Virus record (IMG/VR): IMGVR_UViG_3300037601_000024
Location: 1 to 64,000 of that record
DNA length: 64,000 nt
Source: a virus
Lineage: Duplodnaviria > Caudoviricetes
Strand: one strand, 5' to 3'
Shown here one piece after another: positions 37,767-47,817 of the stretch. The translations under genes and the position numbers were made by a program. Each line of letters begins with the position of its first letter. The first letter of the stretch is position 1. Below the pieces are notes generated by a model. It saw only the letters and a program-made list of their open reading frames with translations. It had not been told where the DNA came from and searched no databases.

Positions 37767-37800
37767 CTCCCTTGGTCCTCGGATCAAGGGAGTTCTTTTA
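37767..37800 (+). terminator. Intrinsic terminator
   Basis: CTCCCTTGGTC-CTCG-GATCAAGGGAG followed by TTCTTTT. Confidence 0.6.
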
Positions 37801-38456
37801 TGTCGCCTATTAACGTCGAAGCCATGCAAGATGACTGGCTTAAACAACGTATCGACAAGCTCGAACGGATAATGAAGGGGTATGTTGAGCAGGCTTTGGA
37901 CAACGCCACTGTAGTGGCGCTAATCAATCAACAGGCGACCCCAACAGCAGATGAAATTGAAAACAGTCATGATCTGGCGCTCGACCTATGGAGTCAAGAC
38001 GAACGGATATCTATAGATGTTCAGCTTGAGATTGATGAAAAAGAACAAAAACACGAATGGGAAGTTATGCTATTTCTTCCCTCGCTGCTCGAGGGCGACA
38101 GTGTCGTCGCGATGTATCATTCCTCTAACTATATCGCACCAGGCGAAATCCCCATCGACGAAATTCCTTTCATTCAAGAATGGCTTCTTCGAGAGTGTGA
38201 GCGCGTTGCATGGCATATCGAGCGGAATGAGGAAGAGAACAGAGCGAACTATCGCCACGATCGAGACAAGAAGTGGGATGAGCGCCAAGCGAGAGAAGAG
38301 CGCGAGCGTATGGAGCTGGAACGTCAACTGGCCGCTGAAGCAGCTCGCCTAGAAGAGGAACGTCTTCAGAAAGAAGCCGCTGAGCGCCGCGCGGCCGAAG
38401 ATGCCTGGATCGATCAGGAAGTCCGCCTGGCTGATCCATTGGTGGGTGCTTTTTAA
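37800..38456 (+). CDS. Hypothetical coiled-coil protein with tag-like C-terminus
   Basis: E/R/A-rich coiled coil; ends VRLADPLVGAF. Confidence 0.6.
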   Translation: MSPINVEAMQDDWLKQRIDKLERIMKGYVEQALDNATVVALINQQATPTADEIENSHDLALDLWSQDERISIDVQLEIDEKEQKHEWEVMLFLPSLLEGDSVVAMYHSSNYIAPGEIPIDEIPFIQEWLLRECERVAWHIERNEEENRANYRHDRDKKWDERQAREERERMELERQLAAEAARLEEERLQKEAAERRAAEDAWIDQEVRLADPLVGAF

Positions 38457-38498
38457 TGTGCTACAATATAAGTAATTAATGACTGACTGGAGTATGAC

Positions 38499-38837
38499 AT
38501 GCCAATTGGAATTGTAACCTCGCAGGCCGAAATCGATTTGGTTCAGGACATCTGGCCAGAACCAACTGACGGCATGCCAAGTGTCCGGAGCGGTATCATT
38601 GAATTCGCGCCGGCCAAGTCGCGCCAGATCGTGGACGAAATTCAGAACCATAATGCCGCTGATGACGCCGCCGCTACGCGCCTCATTAACCGGATCGTAG
38701 ATATCGCCGGTGCATCTTTCATTCCTGGCGATGATAACCCGATTGAAATCGACGACGAAACCGACGATATAGATCAGGAAGACAGCGCGGACGGTGAAGA
38801 CTTTATCCGTGACTGGACAGAAGAAGAATTCGAATAG
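38499..38837 (+). CDS. Hypothetical acidic protein
   Basis: GGAG SD, followed by a hairpin terminator. Confidence 0.55.
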   Translation: MPIGIVTSQAEIDLVQDIWPEPTDGMPSVRSGIIEFAPAKSRQIVDEIQNHNAADDAAATRLINRIVDIAGASFIPGDDNPIEIDDETDDIDQEDSADGEDFIRDWTEEEFE

Positions 38838-38875
38838 GAGCGCGCCTCCGTACTTGCTGAACTGAAATGCGCTCC

Positions 38876-38910
38876 AAGAAGCCGGACCACCCTCGTGGGT
38901 CCGGCTTCTT
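38876..38910 (+). terminator. Intrinsic terminator
   Basis: AAGAAGCCGGACC...GGTCCGGCTTCTT. Confidence 0.6.
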
Positions 38911-39021
38911 CATGTCTGGCATACAGCCTTTCCCATGCGAATAGCCTTGATGGCATTAATAGTCAATGTTACATGATTATTGAGCAAGAAAGCTCACAGC
39001 AAACACGAAACGGAGGCAACC

Positions 39022-39732
39022 ATGTCGAAGACTGCTACGAAAGCAAAAACCACCACGAAGCCGAAGGCTAACTCAGTTACGCGAACCAAAGGCAAAGCGA
39101 AGCCACGCTCGCTGAAGGACATCAAGGCGCAGAGCGAAGATGATGACATTCTCGCGGCTTTGGATGACGAAGCGACCAATACCGCCGATGACATTCTCGC
39201 GGATATCGCCAGTGCCGAGACGATCGACAAATCGGACATCTACGAAAGCCAGGAAAGCAAACTCTCTGTCGATGACACGGCGACGAAATCTTCGCCGCCG
39301 AAGAAGACTAAGCGTAAGCGCAAAGCCGCCGACGGAACCGAAAAGGAAATCCGAGCACGCCGCGAGATCGACATGACGAAGCTCGCCGAGATCTATCAGG
39401 ATGCACCGAAGATGGTCGAATCAATCACCGGTCTGCCGAAGAAGGTTCAGGACAAGGCGAAGAACGCGATGCTGGCAATGACGACCGGCGCCAGATTGTC
39501 GCAGTACACCGGATACGCCGTCGAAGCGCTGAAGATCGCGGAAGGCGGAACGATCGAGGTGGGAACTCTGCGCAGCATCCTCGAAAATCGTGGATACAAG
39601 CAAGGGACAGCAAATGCGCAAGCGCAACAGCAGATGGCACTGCTTCCGTTTCTGGGGGTAGCAGAACGGAACGGTCGCCTGCTGACACTGAAGGAAGGGG
39701 ACGCCTTCACAGCGCTCGCTGCGCTCGTCTAA
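39022..39732 (+). CDS. Hypothetical protein, Lys/acidic low-complexity N-terminus and winged-helix-like C-terminus
   Basis: ACGGAGG SD before ATG 39022; YKQGTANAQAQQQMALLPFLGV. Confidence 0.6.
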   Translation: MSKTATKAKTTTKPKANSVTRTKGKAKPRSLKDIKAQSEDDDILAALDDEATNTADDILADIASAETIDKSDIYESQESKLSVDDTATKSSPPKKTKRKRKAADGTEKEIRARREIDMTKLAEIYQDAPKMVESITGLPKKVQDKAKNAMLAMTTGARLSQYTGYAVEALKIAEGGTIEVGTLRSILENRGYKQGTANAQAQQQMALLPFLGVAERNGRLLTLKEGDAFTALAALV

Positions 39733-39753
39733 TCTGGGAGGATGGACGAAAGG

Positions 39754-39784
39754 AAGAGCGGTGCTTATACGGCACCGCTCTTTG
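39754..39784 (+). terminator. Intrinsic terminator
   Basis: AAGAGCGGTGC-TTATACG-GCACCGCTCTTT. Confidence 0.65.
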
Positions 39785-39960
39785 CGCGTCTCGTAAGCGC
39801 ACAGAAGCGCGAGCACTATAACCGGACACATCACACCTAATTCACAAAACGCGCGCTGAGCACCGCTTAAAATCGCTCCAGCGAAGCCAACGAAACCCGA
39901 TGGATTGTAATTCAATCTAAGGTTACAAAGAGATCATAGCAGTTGAGGAATAGATTATTT

Positions 39961-40230
39961 ATGCGAGAACTGAATATTAGAGGCTACAAGACCACGACGG
40001 AACCGATCGAAGAGGGAGATGTCGCGGTTGTTATCCGGCGAGATGGTGAAGTTGAAGTCGCGATTAAGTCGGCGGACGAAAACGGCCATAACCCTTCTGC
40101 CAATACAGAAGACCTCCTGTCGGCGTATGCGCTCGTGACCTTGCTCGCCAACCCTGAGTTGATGGACGCCGCGCGTGCGGACGCCTTCAGCAAAGTTCAG
40201 GACGCGATGAAGTTGAGGGTTGTGAACTGA
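39961..40230 (+). CDS. Hypothetical protein
   Basis: 89 aa from ATG 39961. Confidence 0.5.
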   Translation: MRELNIRGYKTTTEPIEEGDVAVVIRRDGEVEVAIKSADENGHNPSANTEDLLSAYALVTLLANPELMDAARADAFSKVQDAMKLRVVN

Positions 40231-40292
40231 GCCGCTTGCGTCTCAGTTCTATGTGTGTAATTGTAAGTCATTGCTGATTATGCGGAGGCGAC

Positions 40293-41180
40293 ATGACTGG
40301 TTTCCCGGTTTATAGCGAGATCGATCCCAGCCAGTGCCTCTACCAAGGCATCCCGGCAATCGCCTTAGATGGTCAAAAGTCTACCGACTGTTGGGATCCC
40401 TGGTTGAGCGACACAGCGCGAGCGTATGACAGTTACGCCGTTCAAACTGATCGCGCGCATAGACTGACCGATTGGTTGAATATCATCGGTGACGACAAGT
40501 GGCATGACCCCGACTTTCTTTCTCCGGAACAAATATTCCACTTGAACGCCATTCAATCTCAAATTGATTGGAATGAAAACCAATTGAAGATGCGGCGATC
40601 AGGTGAAGGGCGCAGCTATAAATCGCAGATCGCAACATTGGCCACTTCCGAAGATGACACAGTCATCACGGCAATCGATTGTCCGAAAGATTACCAACGA
40701 GACATTACCGACCAGGGAGGCTTGGTCGCCGAGAACACCGCCACCGCGAAAGTTATTTACATCGGCGGTTTCGAATACATTTGTCGCACACAGATGAACT
40801 TTGGCAGGGATTCCGGTACAAAGACGGTCTGGTGGGACAACGTAGGAGTGTGTGAGCCGGACGGCACCAGTCAGATGATGGAGGACATCGGCCAATACAA
40901 CGTAATGTCGTCGCGCCTGAAGCGTGAGGTGACCCCTCCAGACGGCACCGGAAGTTGGGTCGACTTCGCTCGCGACCACCTACTCCCAATCCACATGGAA
41001 AAGTACGGTTTCATGCAGCCTATCGATCACCACATGGATTGGGTCGAAGAGCATATGATTGCATCGCCGCCTCTCAATTCGAAGTGGATTACCTGCGCAG
41101 CTACGCGCCTCAAGAACGCAGAGGCCAATGCTGAGCGCCTGGCATTCTATCAAGATGACGCTATGACCGCGATGTTTTAG
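40293..41180 (+). CDS. Hypothetical protein with shared C-terminal tag
   Basis: GGAGG SD behind a 22-bp motif; ends ERLAFYQDDAMTAMF. Confidence 0.65.
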   Translation: MTGFPVYSEIDPSQCLYQGIPAIALDGQKSTDCWDPWLSDTARAYDSYAVQTDRAHRLTDWLNIIGDDKWHDPDFLSPEQIFHLNAIQSQIDWNENQLKMRRSGEGRSYKSQIATLATSEDDTVITAIDCPKDYQRDITDQGGLVAENTATAKVIYIGGFEYICRTQMNFGRDSGTKTVWWDNVGVCEPDGTSQMMEDIGQYNVMSSRLKREVTPPDGTGSWVDFARDHLLPIHMEKYGFMQPIDHHMDWVEEHMIASPPLNSKWITCAATRLKNAEANAERLAFYQDDAMTAMF

Positions 41181-41240
41181 CGTTGACACGGTAATGAATT
41201 GTCATTAATCAATGACTATAAACCATGCAGGAGATTAAAC

Positions 41241-41654
41241 ATGGCAGACACAGAGTCCCGTTGGACCACATTCGCAGACAACATGATCGAGTTTTCGGTC
41301 ACCCCACTTGAGATTCTTCCTCGCTGGTATTGGGGCGCCGCAGCGCTCGCAAGCTATGCGACCTGGCTGGCTCACTACAACACCCTTCTGGTGGCGCCTT
41401 GGTACTTGTCATTGGCGCCTTTGTACGGACCGCTGCTGCCGGTTCTTGCTATGGTGGCCGTCGTGATCGCCATCGTGATCGTGTTGTGCGTGATCATCGG
41501 CGTTCTGTTCATCGTCAAGGCGATCGCAATCGCGATCCAAATGATCCTTCGATACATCTACAACTCGATCAAGCGCGGCTTCACCGCTGTCGGTAATCGC
41601 GTCAAAGCCGCCTGGAACGGAACCATCGGAGCGCTCTACTCCCGCATCGCTTAG
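41241..41654 (+). CDS. Membrane protein
   Basis: Long hydrophobic segment PVLAMVAVVIAIVIVLCVIIGVLFIV. Confidence 0.55.
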   Translation: MADTESRWTTFADNMIEFSVTPLEILPRWYWGAAALASYATWLAHYNTLLVAPWYLSLAPLYGPLLPVLAMVAVVIAIVIVLCVIIGVLFIVKAIAIAIQMILRYIYNSIKRGFTAVGNRVKAAWNGTIGALYSRIA

Positions 41655-41721
41655 TTCGATGCCGATTGTAAGTCATCTTTGAGTATTCTAAAACAGTGCA
41701 TCAGCAACGGAGATAAGAGCA

Positions 41722-43228
41722 ATGACGTATGATGAAGCGGAACAATTCCCGGACAAACACTCGCTGCGCCACGCGCTGGTTGAGGGTTCGAAGAACACCG
41801 ACCTAGATGAGGCGGTTCTCGGAATCCAAGCGATCCTGGGAATTCGGAGCGGTGACGCCGCTGCCTGCTTCTTCTCCGGACTGGATGACGATGAGTGGCC
41901 ACAAATGGACGAGTTCTTTCGGTTCGAAAAACTCTACGCCTACGCTCTCATGGAACTCCAATGCGATCTGGTCGGCGCCTTTCATCAAGCACAAGAGGAG
42001 GCAGAAGATGACAAACCTAACGCTTGCGGTGGGAACTGCGGTTCCTGCGCTAAAAAGATTTGGAACTTCGACCAAGAACCGAACGCCATTTCTGACGACG
42101 ATAATGACGATGGGCGATGCTATGTTCGCGGCACAGATTAATTACGTGACCGCCTCATACTCGAACATGATGCGCTGGTTCGCCATTCGCCAGATTTCCA
42201 TCAAGGAAATGCTTGGCGGTCTGCGACAATACCGGATGCAGCTCGTGAAGAAGGCAGTCTTCAAGCGTTGGCTGGAAGACAGCATCGAGCGACACGGCCA
42301 CTACAACACGTGGTCTCTGTTCGGCGAACCGGTCATCGCGCGCTTTCTGCGTCACCAGGGGTTCAAGCGTATCGAGCTGGCGGATGACCACGCATCGTTC
42401 ACCGCAGGTGTCGCGCTCGGATGGCTCCCCCTCCCAGTGAAGCGTCGTCAGTTCTTCCTTCCACGGTGGGCGATCATCTACTCAGAGGTCGAAGTCCTGG
42501 CGAAGAAGAAGTCTGGCAACATTTCACACGGTGAAGCGCTGAGCCTCTTCGACACGATGGAAGTCTACGACCACCACGCAGGAGCCACATCATGAACGAT
42601 ATTATCTACGCATTTGCATTTGGCATTATCGGAGCAGCAATCGGCATTGGATATGTCCAGGCTGACGCACGTCCCGGTCCCGAACAGAAGCTTCTGGCAG
42701 AAACGGCCGGCGTGCTCTGCTCCAATCACGAACACTCATCAGACGAAATGCCTCACGAGGTGTGCCGCGAGTGGTGTGAAACTCTTTTCACCAATGGTGA
42801 TCAGAAGAACCACTGCATCGTTGGGTACAACCTGCGCACGTCTGAGCTGATGGCTGTCGACACAGCGATGGAGGACATTAGTGCTCAGTAAGTACATCAT
42901 CGCACTTGGCGCCGCGATTGGCATCGCTGCTGCCGTCGTGGACATCTCCAACATCAAGCCGATGAGCGCGAATGAGATGGCTCTGATCGCAGAGGTAGAC
43001 TTTCATTGCGAGCGGTTGAGCATCAATGACGCGCGCTGTGGAGCGTGCGAGCGCATGGGTCGCAAGGATCGAGAGATTTGCACCCACTACAAAGAGCTCG
43101 CCGCGTCAGACTACGAACAATTTTACAGACATCCGGCTCTCATGGTTTTGGATAGCGAAGTCCAATTGGCAGAGGAAAGAGACGAGCGCCGGAAACAGAT
43201 CAGCGCAAGCACCATGGCGCTACCGTAG
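41722..43228 (+). other. Cluster of four hypothetical CDS (41722-42141, ~42104-42595, 42592-42891, 42881-43228); the last two have signal-peptide-like N-termini and 4 Cys each
   Basis: Overlapping stops/starts; hydrophobic N-termini; ORF track. Confidence 0.5.
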
Positions 43229-43473
43229 CTGTGGAATAGTTGGTGTGGGTCGGAGATCGGCTGGCTGGAATGCAATTCCTTCTGGCTTGGCAAGTAAGGT
43301 GTGAACCCGAGAAGTAGCACCCCTTGTCTATCCATAACGTGGAAGTTTGTGGCGCAAACTGAGTGTTGCGCGATATCAGGCGGAGACACCCGTGATCACA
43401 TGGCTACCTTACTTCCCGATAGTAAGTCATCGGTGAGTGAGTAAAATGAAAGAAACAAAACGGAGGCATAAGA

Positions 43474-44598
43474 ATGAAATCTCTACCGACCATCTTTAAA
43501 ATGGACAGCACAGGCAGAGTGCGAGAGTGGACAGCACAGGTTGAAGGATCGCGCTGGCGCACTGTCGCAGGTCTCACTACCGGCGCCAAGGTTACGTCCG
43601 GATGGACCGACTGCGTCGCAAAGAGTCAGGACACCGACGAAGAGCAGGCATTGTTCGAAGCGAACGCTGCACGCGACCATAAGCTGGCGCGTGAGTATTA
43701 CGACAACGTCTCGGAAGCCGCATCCGGTGTGCCGGCTATGTTCAAACCGATGCTGGCGAAAGACTTCGCGAAGATCAAGCCGGAGAAGATCACGTTCCCC
43801 TGCCTCGTTCAGCCGAAGCTCGATGGCATCCGGTGTATTGTGAAAGCTGAAGGCGCATTCACGCGTCAAAACAAACCGATCCACTCGATCCCGCACATTC
43901 TCGCCGAATTGAAGGAATTCTTCGAGCTTAACCCAGACGCGGTCTTGGATGGCGAACTCTATAACCACGACCTGCGCGAGGACTTCCAGGCGATCACCTC
44001 AATTGTGCGACGAGAGAAGTTCAAAGACGGCGATCTCGAGCGCTCTGCCGAGCTGATCCAGTATCACGTCTATGACGCTGCCGGCGACCGTGCTGGATGG
44101 AGCGATTGCGAACTCCGGCTTGATGAGTTCTTTACCTACACCGACGAGTGTGGGTGGGACTGGGACGCTGGTGGCGTTCGGCTTGTCGAGACCAACGTCG
44201 CCAAATCTATGCAGGACATTGATACCCTGCACGGCCAAGCGACAGCGGATGGCTATGAAGGATCGATGATCCGCCTCTCCGGTCCCTATGAGAACAAACG
44301 CAGCGGCAATCTGCTAAAACGCAAAGACTTCGACACTGCCGAATTTACTATTGAGCGTGTCGAAGAGGGTAACGGTAACTGGAAGGGATACGCCAAGCGT
44401 ATCGTCTACAAGACCGCTGCCGGCCAAGAGTTTGGTTCTGGTGTTCGAGGATCCCAGGCGCAGATGAAGGAAGTGCTGGATAACGCCAGCGACTATGAAG
44501 GGTCGATCGCCACGGTGCGATACTTCGGTCTCACCGATGACGGCATCCCTCGCTTCCCTGTCACCATCGATTTCCACGGAGAGAGCCGTGTTGATTGA
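43474..44598 (+). CDS. ATP-dependent DNA ligase
   Basis: KPMLA, QPKLDGIRC (KxDG), LDGELY, YHVYD, EGSMIR, YENKRSGNLLK, OB domain with RFP. Confidence 0.92.
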   Translation: MKSLPTIFKMDSTGRVREWTAQVEGSRWRTVAGLTTGAKVTSGWTDCVAKSQDTDEEQALFEANAARDHKLAREYYDNVSEAASGVPAMFKPMLAKDFAKIKPEKITFPCLVQPKLDGIRCIVKAEGAFTRQNKPIHSIPHILAELKEFFELNPDAVLDGELYNHDLREDFQAITSIVRREKFKDGDLERSAELIQYHVYDAAGDRAGWSDCELRLDEFFTYTDECGWDWDAGGVRLVETNVAKSMQDIDTLHGQATADGYEGSMIRLSGPYENKRSGNLLKRKDFDTAEFTIERVEEGNGNWKGYAKRIVYKTAAGQEFGSGVRGSQAQMKEVLDNASDYEGSIATVRYFGLTDDGIPRFPVTIDFHGESRVD

Positions 44599-46311
44599 GG
44601 CTGAGATCGATATCGAATACCTGTACCGGCGGTGGGTGAACTACCTCCGCCGGAACGCGAAGAACCTGACGAGAGGCGAGCGTGTTCGACGTGCGCGCCT
44701 CTACGCCGGCCAAGGACGGAGCGTGCCAATTGTCTAAGCATCCTATCTGTCCAGATTGTGGCTCGACCGATAGCCTGGTTTTGGAAACCACTGGTTATTG
44801 GGACTCTGCAACAGGAGACTGGTGCATGTCAGACGGCAATGACGATCCGGTTTGGTGTAACGGCGGTGACGACGGTGTTTGCTCTTGGGAGGGACACTTG
44901 ATGAATTTGAAGTGGGAGGGTGGTGATGGGAAAACTGTCTAAGTTGCAAAAGCTCACTGCGCAGCTCTACGGCGGTGGCGACTATGCGCACCACGAAACC
45001 ACCGAAGAAACGCAAGATGTCGGCGACGGTCTCTACACCTTTCTCCAGCGGGAGCTCGATCCGGCCGAAGGCTGTAAAAGCGCGGCTGTAGCGATCCACC
45101 GCATTAACAGCGCCATTTATGATCTGAATTTGATCAAAGCAGCGATCATTCAACGAGAGACCAAGAGATGACCCGCAAAGAAAAAGAGGCGGTGGTCGAC
45201 CTGCTCAAAGCAGCCAAGGATATGAGCGGTAACTCTATGCCGATCATAGTCCACCTCCCCTCCCAGGACGCAATCGATTTCGCGAACACCGCCATCAAAG
45301 GTCGTCGCGGCTTCAAACACATATCTTTCAAACTCAAGGAGGCAGAAAATGTCTAGAAAGTACAACGTCCGCGTCGGCGACAAAGCTCGCTGTAAGGTCT
45401 CTGGCATGACTGGAATTGTCACCGCTCGAAAAGAGCAACTGTTTGGCAATCTCCAGTTCATTATCGAGACGCATAACGACGCAGGTGATCAACCAAGCGA
45501 GTCATGGTCGATCGATTGGCAGCAACTCGAACTGATCGAGAAGGACGTCATGGACGCCGTGAAGGCCAATCGACCAAATCACTTGGAACTTGGCGACAAA
45601 GTGGAAGACCGCATTTCCGGATACGCAGGAATCGCCACAACCATGTGGTTCTGGTTGAACGGTTGCGTTCATGTTGGCGTTGAAGGACCGGATGTGGAAG
45701 ACAAACCGTCTTTCCGCCGCGACGAAGTCCACCGTTGGACCCGAAAGAAGAAAGCCGTGATCAAACCTGAAGAGGTTCCGCAGGCAAAGGAAGCCGTTGA
45801 GAAGAAGACCGGCGGTCCTTCTATGCGCATCTCCCGCGACTCTATTCGGTAACCCTATTGTAAGTCATCTCTGACTATTGTATAAAAGCTTAAAGCAAGA
45901 CAAACGGAGGTGACTTACATGACACTGACACGCGAACGAACTCAGATGATCAACCGTGAAGCGCAGACAGCTCTGGAAGCTGTAGCGCGCAAGCACGGTC
46001 TCGCGGTCCAACCACAAGGTGGCTCATGTGACGCAGAAGGTCTCAGTGCCACGTTGAAGTTTATGTTCACGGACGTGACGACTGACGGCCAACCAATGAC
46101 GCCAGAATTCGTCGCGCTCCGCTACAAGTATCCGGAGATCGCCGGGTACACTTTCTACGTTCCTGGCAAAGGCTATGTGAAACCGATCGGCTTCAACAGT
46201 CGTGCCAAGAAGTACCCATACATCTACAAAATGTGCAGCACCGGCGAGGTCTACAAGACCAGCAAGTGGATCATTGACGCCTGCACTCCAGAACGCCGAG
46301 AGGAGGCATAA
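44588..46311 (+). other. Cluster of small hypothetical CDS (including 44920-45171, 45168-45356, 45349-45852, 45910-46311)
   Basis: Coupled starts/stops and SD motifs; 45349-45852 holds two tandem GDK...SG..GI.T repeats. Confidence 0.5.
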
Positions 46312-46776
46312 TTGAAAGTTGTTTTTGATCTGGATGGGACGCTCGCCAACGCTGAGAAGCGGGTAAAGCAATTCCTGACCTGTCCGAAGATGGGGCATCC
46401 CCACAAGCGCACAGACAAGATCGATTGGGACGCATTCTTCCAAGCTTGCGACCAAGATGAGCCGATTAAGCCAAACCTGACGGTTCTTCACTCGCTCTAC
46501 GAAGCCGGACACCGCGTAGAAATCTGGACGGGTCGATCTGACCTCGTTCGGGAGAAGACAGAGCAATGGCTCCTGATGCACGGTGTACCGCAAGCGGTCG
46601 TGGCGTCGATGAAGATGCGGCCATACACGGATCACCAGCCAGACGACACGCTCAAGGCGTACTGGATGGATATCAGCGGCAAGCCGGACCTCGTCTTTGA
46701 AGATCGCGACCGCGTGGTGGCCATGTACCGCTCTCACGGCGTTGACTGTCACCAAGTCAACGAAGGTGCCTTCTGA
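46312..46776 (+). CDS. HAD-family phosphatase (PNKP phosphatase-like)
   Basis: VFDLDGTLA, WTGRS, MRP..D...D..LK, FEDRDRVV.MYR. Confidence 0.85.
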   Translation: MKVVFDLDGTLANAEKRVKQFLTCPKMGHPHKRTDKIDWDAFFQACDQDEPIKPNLTVLHSLYEAGHRVEIWTGRSDLVREKTEQWLLMHGVPQAVVASMKMRPYTDHQPDDTLKAYWMDISGKPDLVFEDRDRVVAMYRSHGVDCHQVNEGAF

Positions 46777-47732
46777 TGCCGCGCCATTCCGACCACAACA
46801 TGACCCCTGTCTACGACAGAAACGGCGAGGTTTACGGTTGGATGTGCTCCCGCTGTGGCTCCGGAGCTCTACTGCCAGAGGACGCAGAAGAGATGCACGG
46901 ATCGCCATGCTTCCAAGCTCAACCCGCACCCTGGACCAGTGTCGCGCTTGTCGCACTGGCCGTTGCGGTTCTCATCTTCGCCGCAGTCCACGGCGTCACC
47001 ATGTATTACAATTAGGAGACACACATGACCCCAATTTTCGCACACGTTCAGAAGTCTGACGGCACCGTCAAGCAGTTGAACCTCTCGGCCATCATCGAAA
47101 TGGTGCCAGACCACAACGCTGGAACCACAACGCTCTACTTCGCCAACAATTGTCTCAGCAATGGACAAGCGTTCAACGTGGCGCCGTCCGAGATCACCAG
47201 TGCGATTGACTCGCCTGAAAAGGACGATGACGGCTTCGTGGATCTGTTGCCGCCAGAGCCGGAACCGGTCGAAGAGGAAGAGGCTGAAGAGGCCGAGACC
47301 GAGGAAGCCGATGACTAAGTTCTCGGTTCTCGTCGATGGCGATCTCATGCAGGTGACCGCGAACACGGTCGCGATTGTGCCAGATATCGTGGTGCTCCAC
47401 CTTCGCCACAAGCACAGCTTGGAGCAGGATAAAGGGGTGCCGTTCGTAGGACCGCGAGACATCAGAATTGTGGGAGTAGGATAATGGCCATTACACTTGA
47501 GATCGATTGCTTTGGCATGAAGAAGGTCGCTGACGACCACTTCACCCTGGCGCAGAACCGCGAAGAAGTTGAATTCTGGGATGTTACCCTAGTCCGACGA
47601 AACGACGAGACTGGCGAGATCGAAGAGTTGGAAGACCACTCCGGTTTGTCTGGCGAAGAATCAATGGACAAAGTGGAAGATATCGAGCGGCGCTACCCTG
47701 ACGCAGAGGTGAACGATCCCTGGCCGAGCTGA
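46776..47732 (+). other. Small hypothetical CDS cluster (46776-47015, 47025-47318, 47484-47732 and a short ORF between)
   Basis: ORF track and GGAG SD motifs. Confidence 0.45.
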
Positions 47733-47817
47733 GCGGCACTTGAATAACCCTATTGTCATTCATTCCTGACTATTTTAAAGTCTTCGTATCGACAGCAAAG
47801 ATACGGAGACTTTTTTA

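Noticed and set aside
46747-46776. HAD phosphatase ending VNEGAF as a member of the C-terminal tag family
   Set aside because: Lacks R(-14) and Y(-10); V.EG.F endings are typical of this phosphatase family anyway
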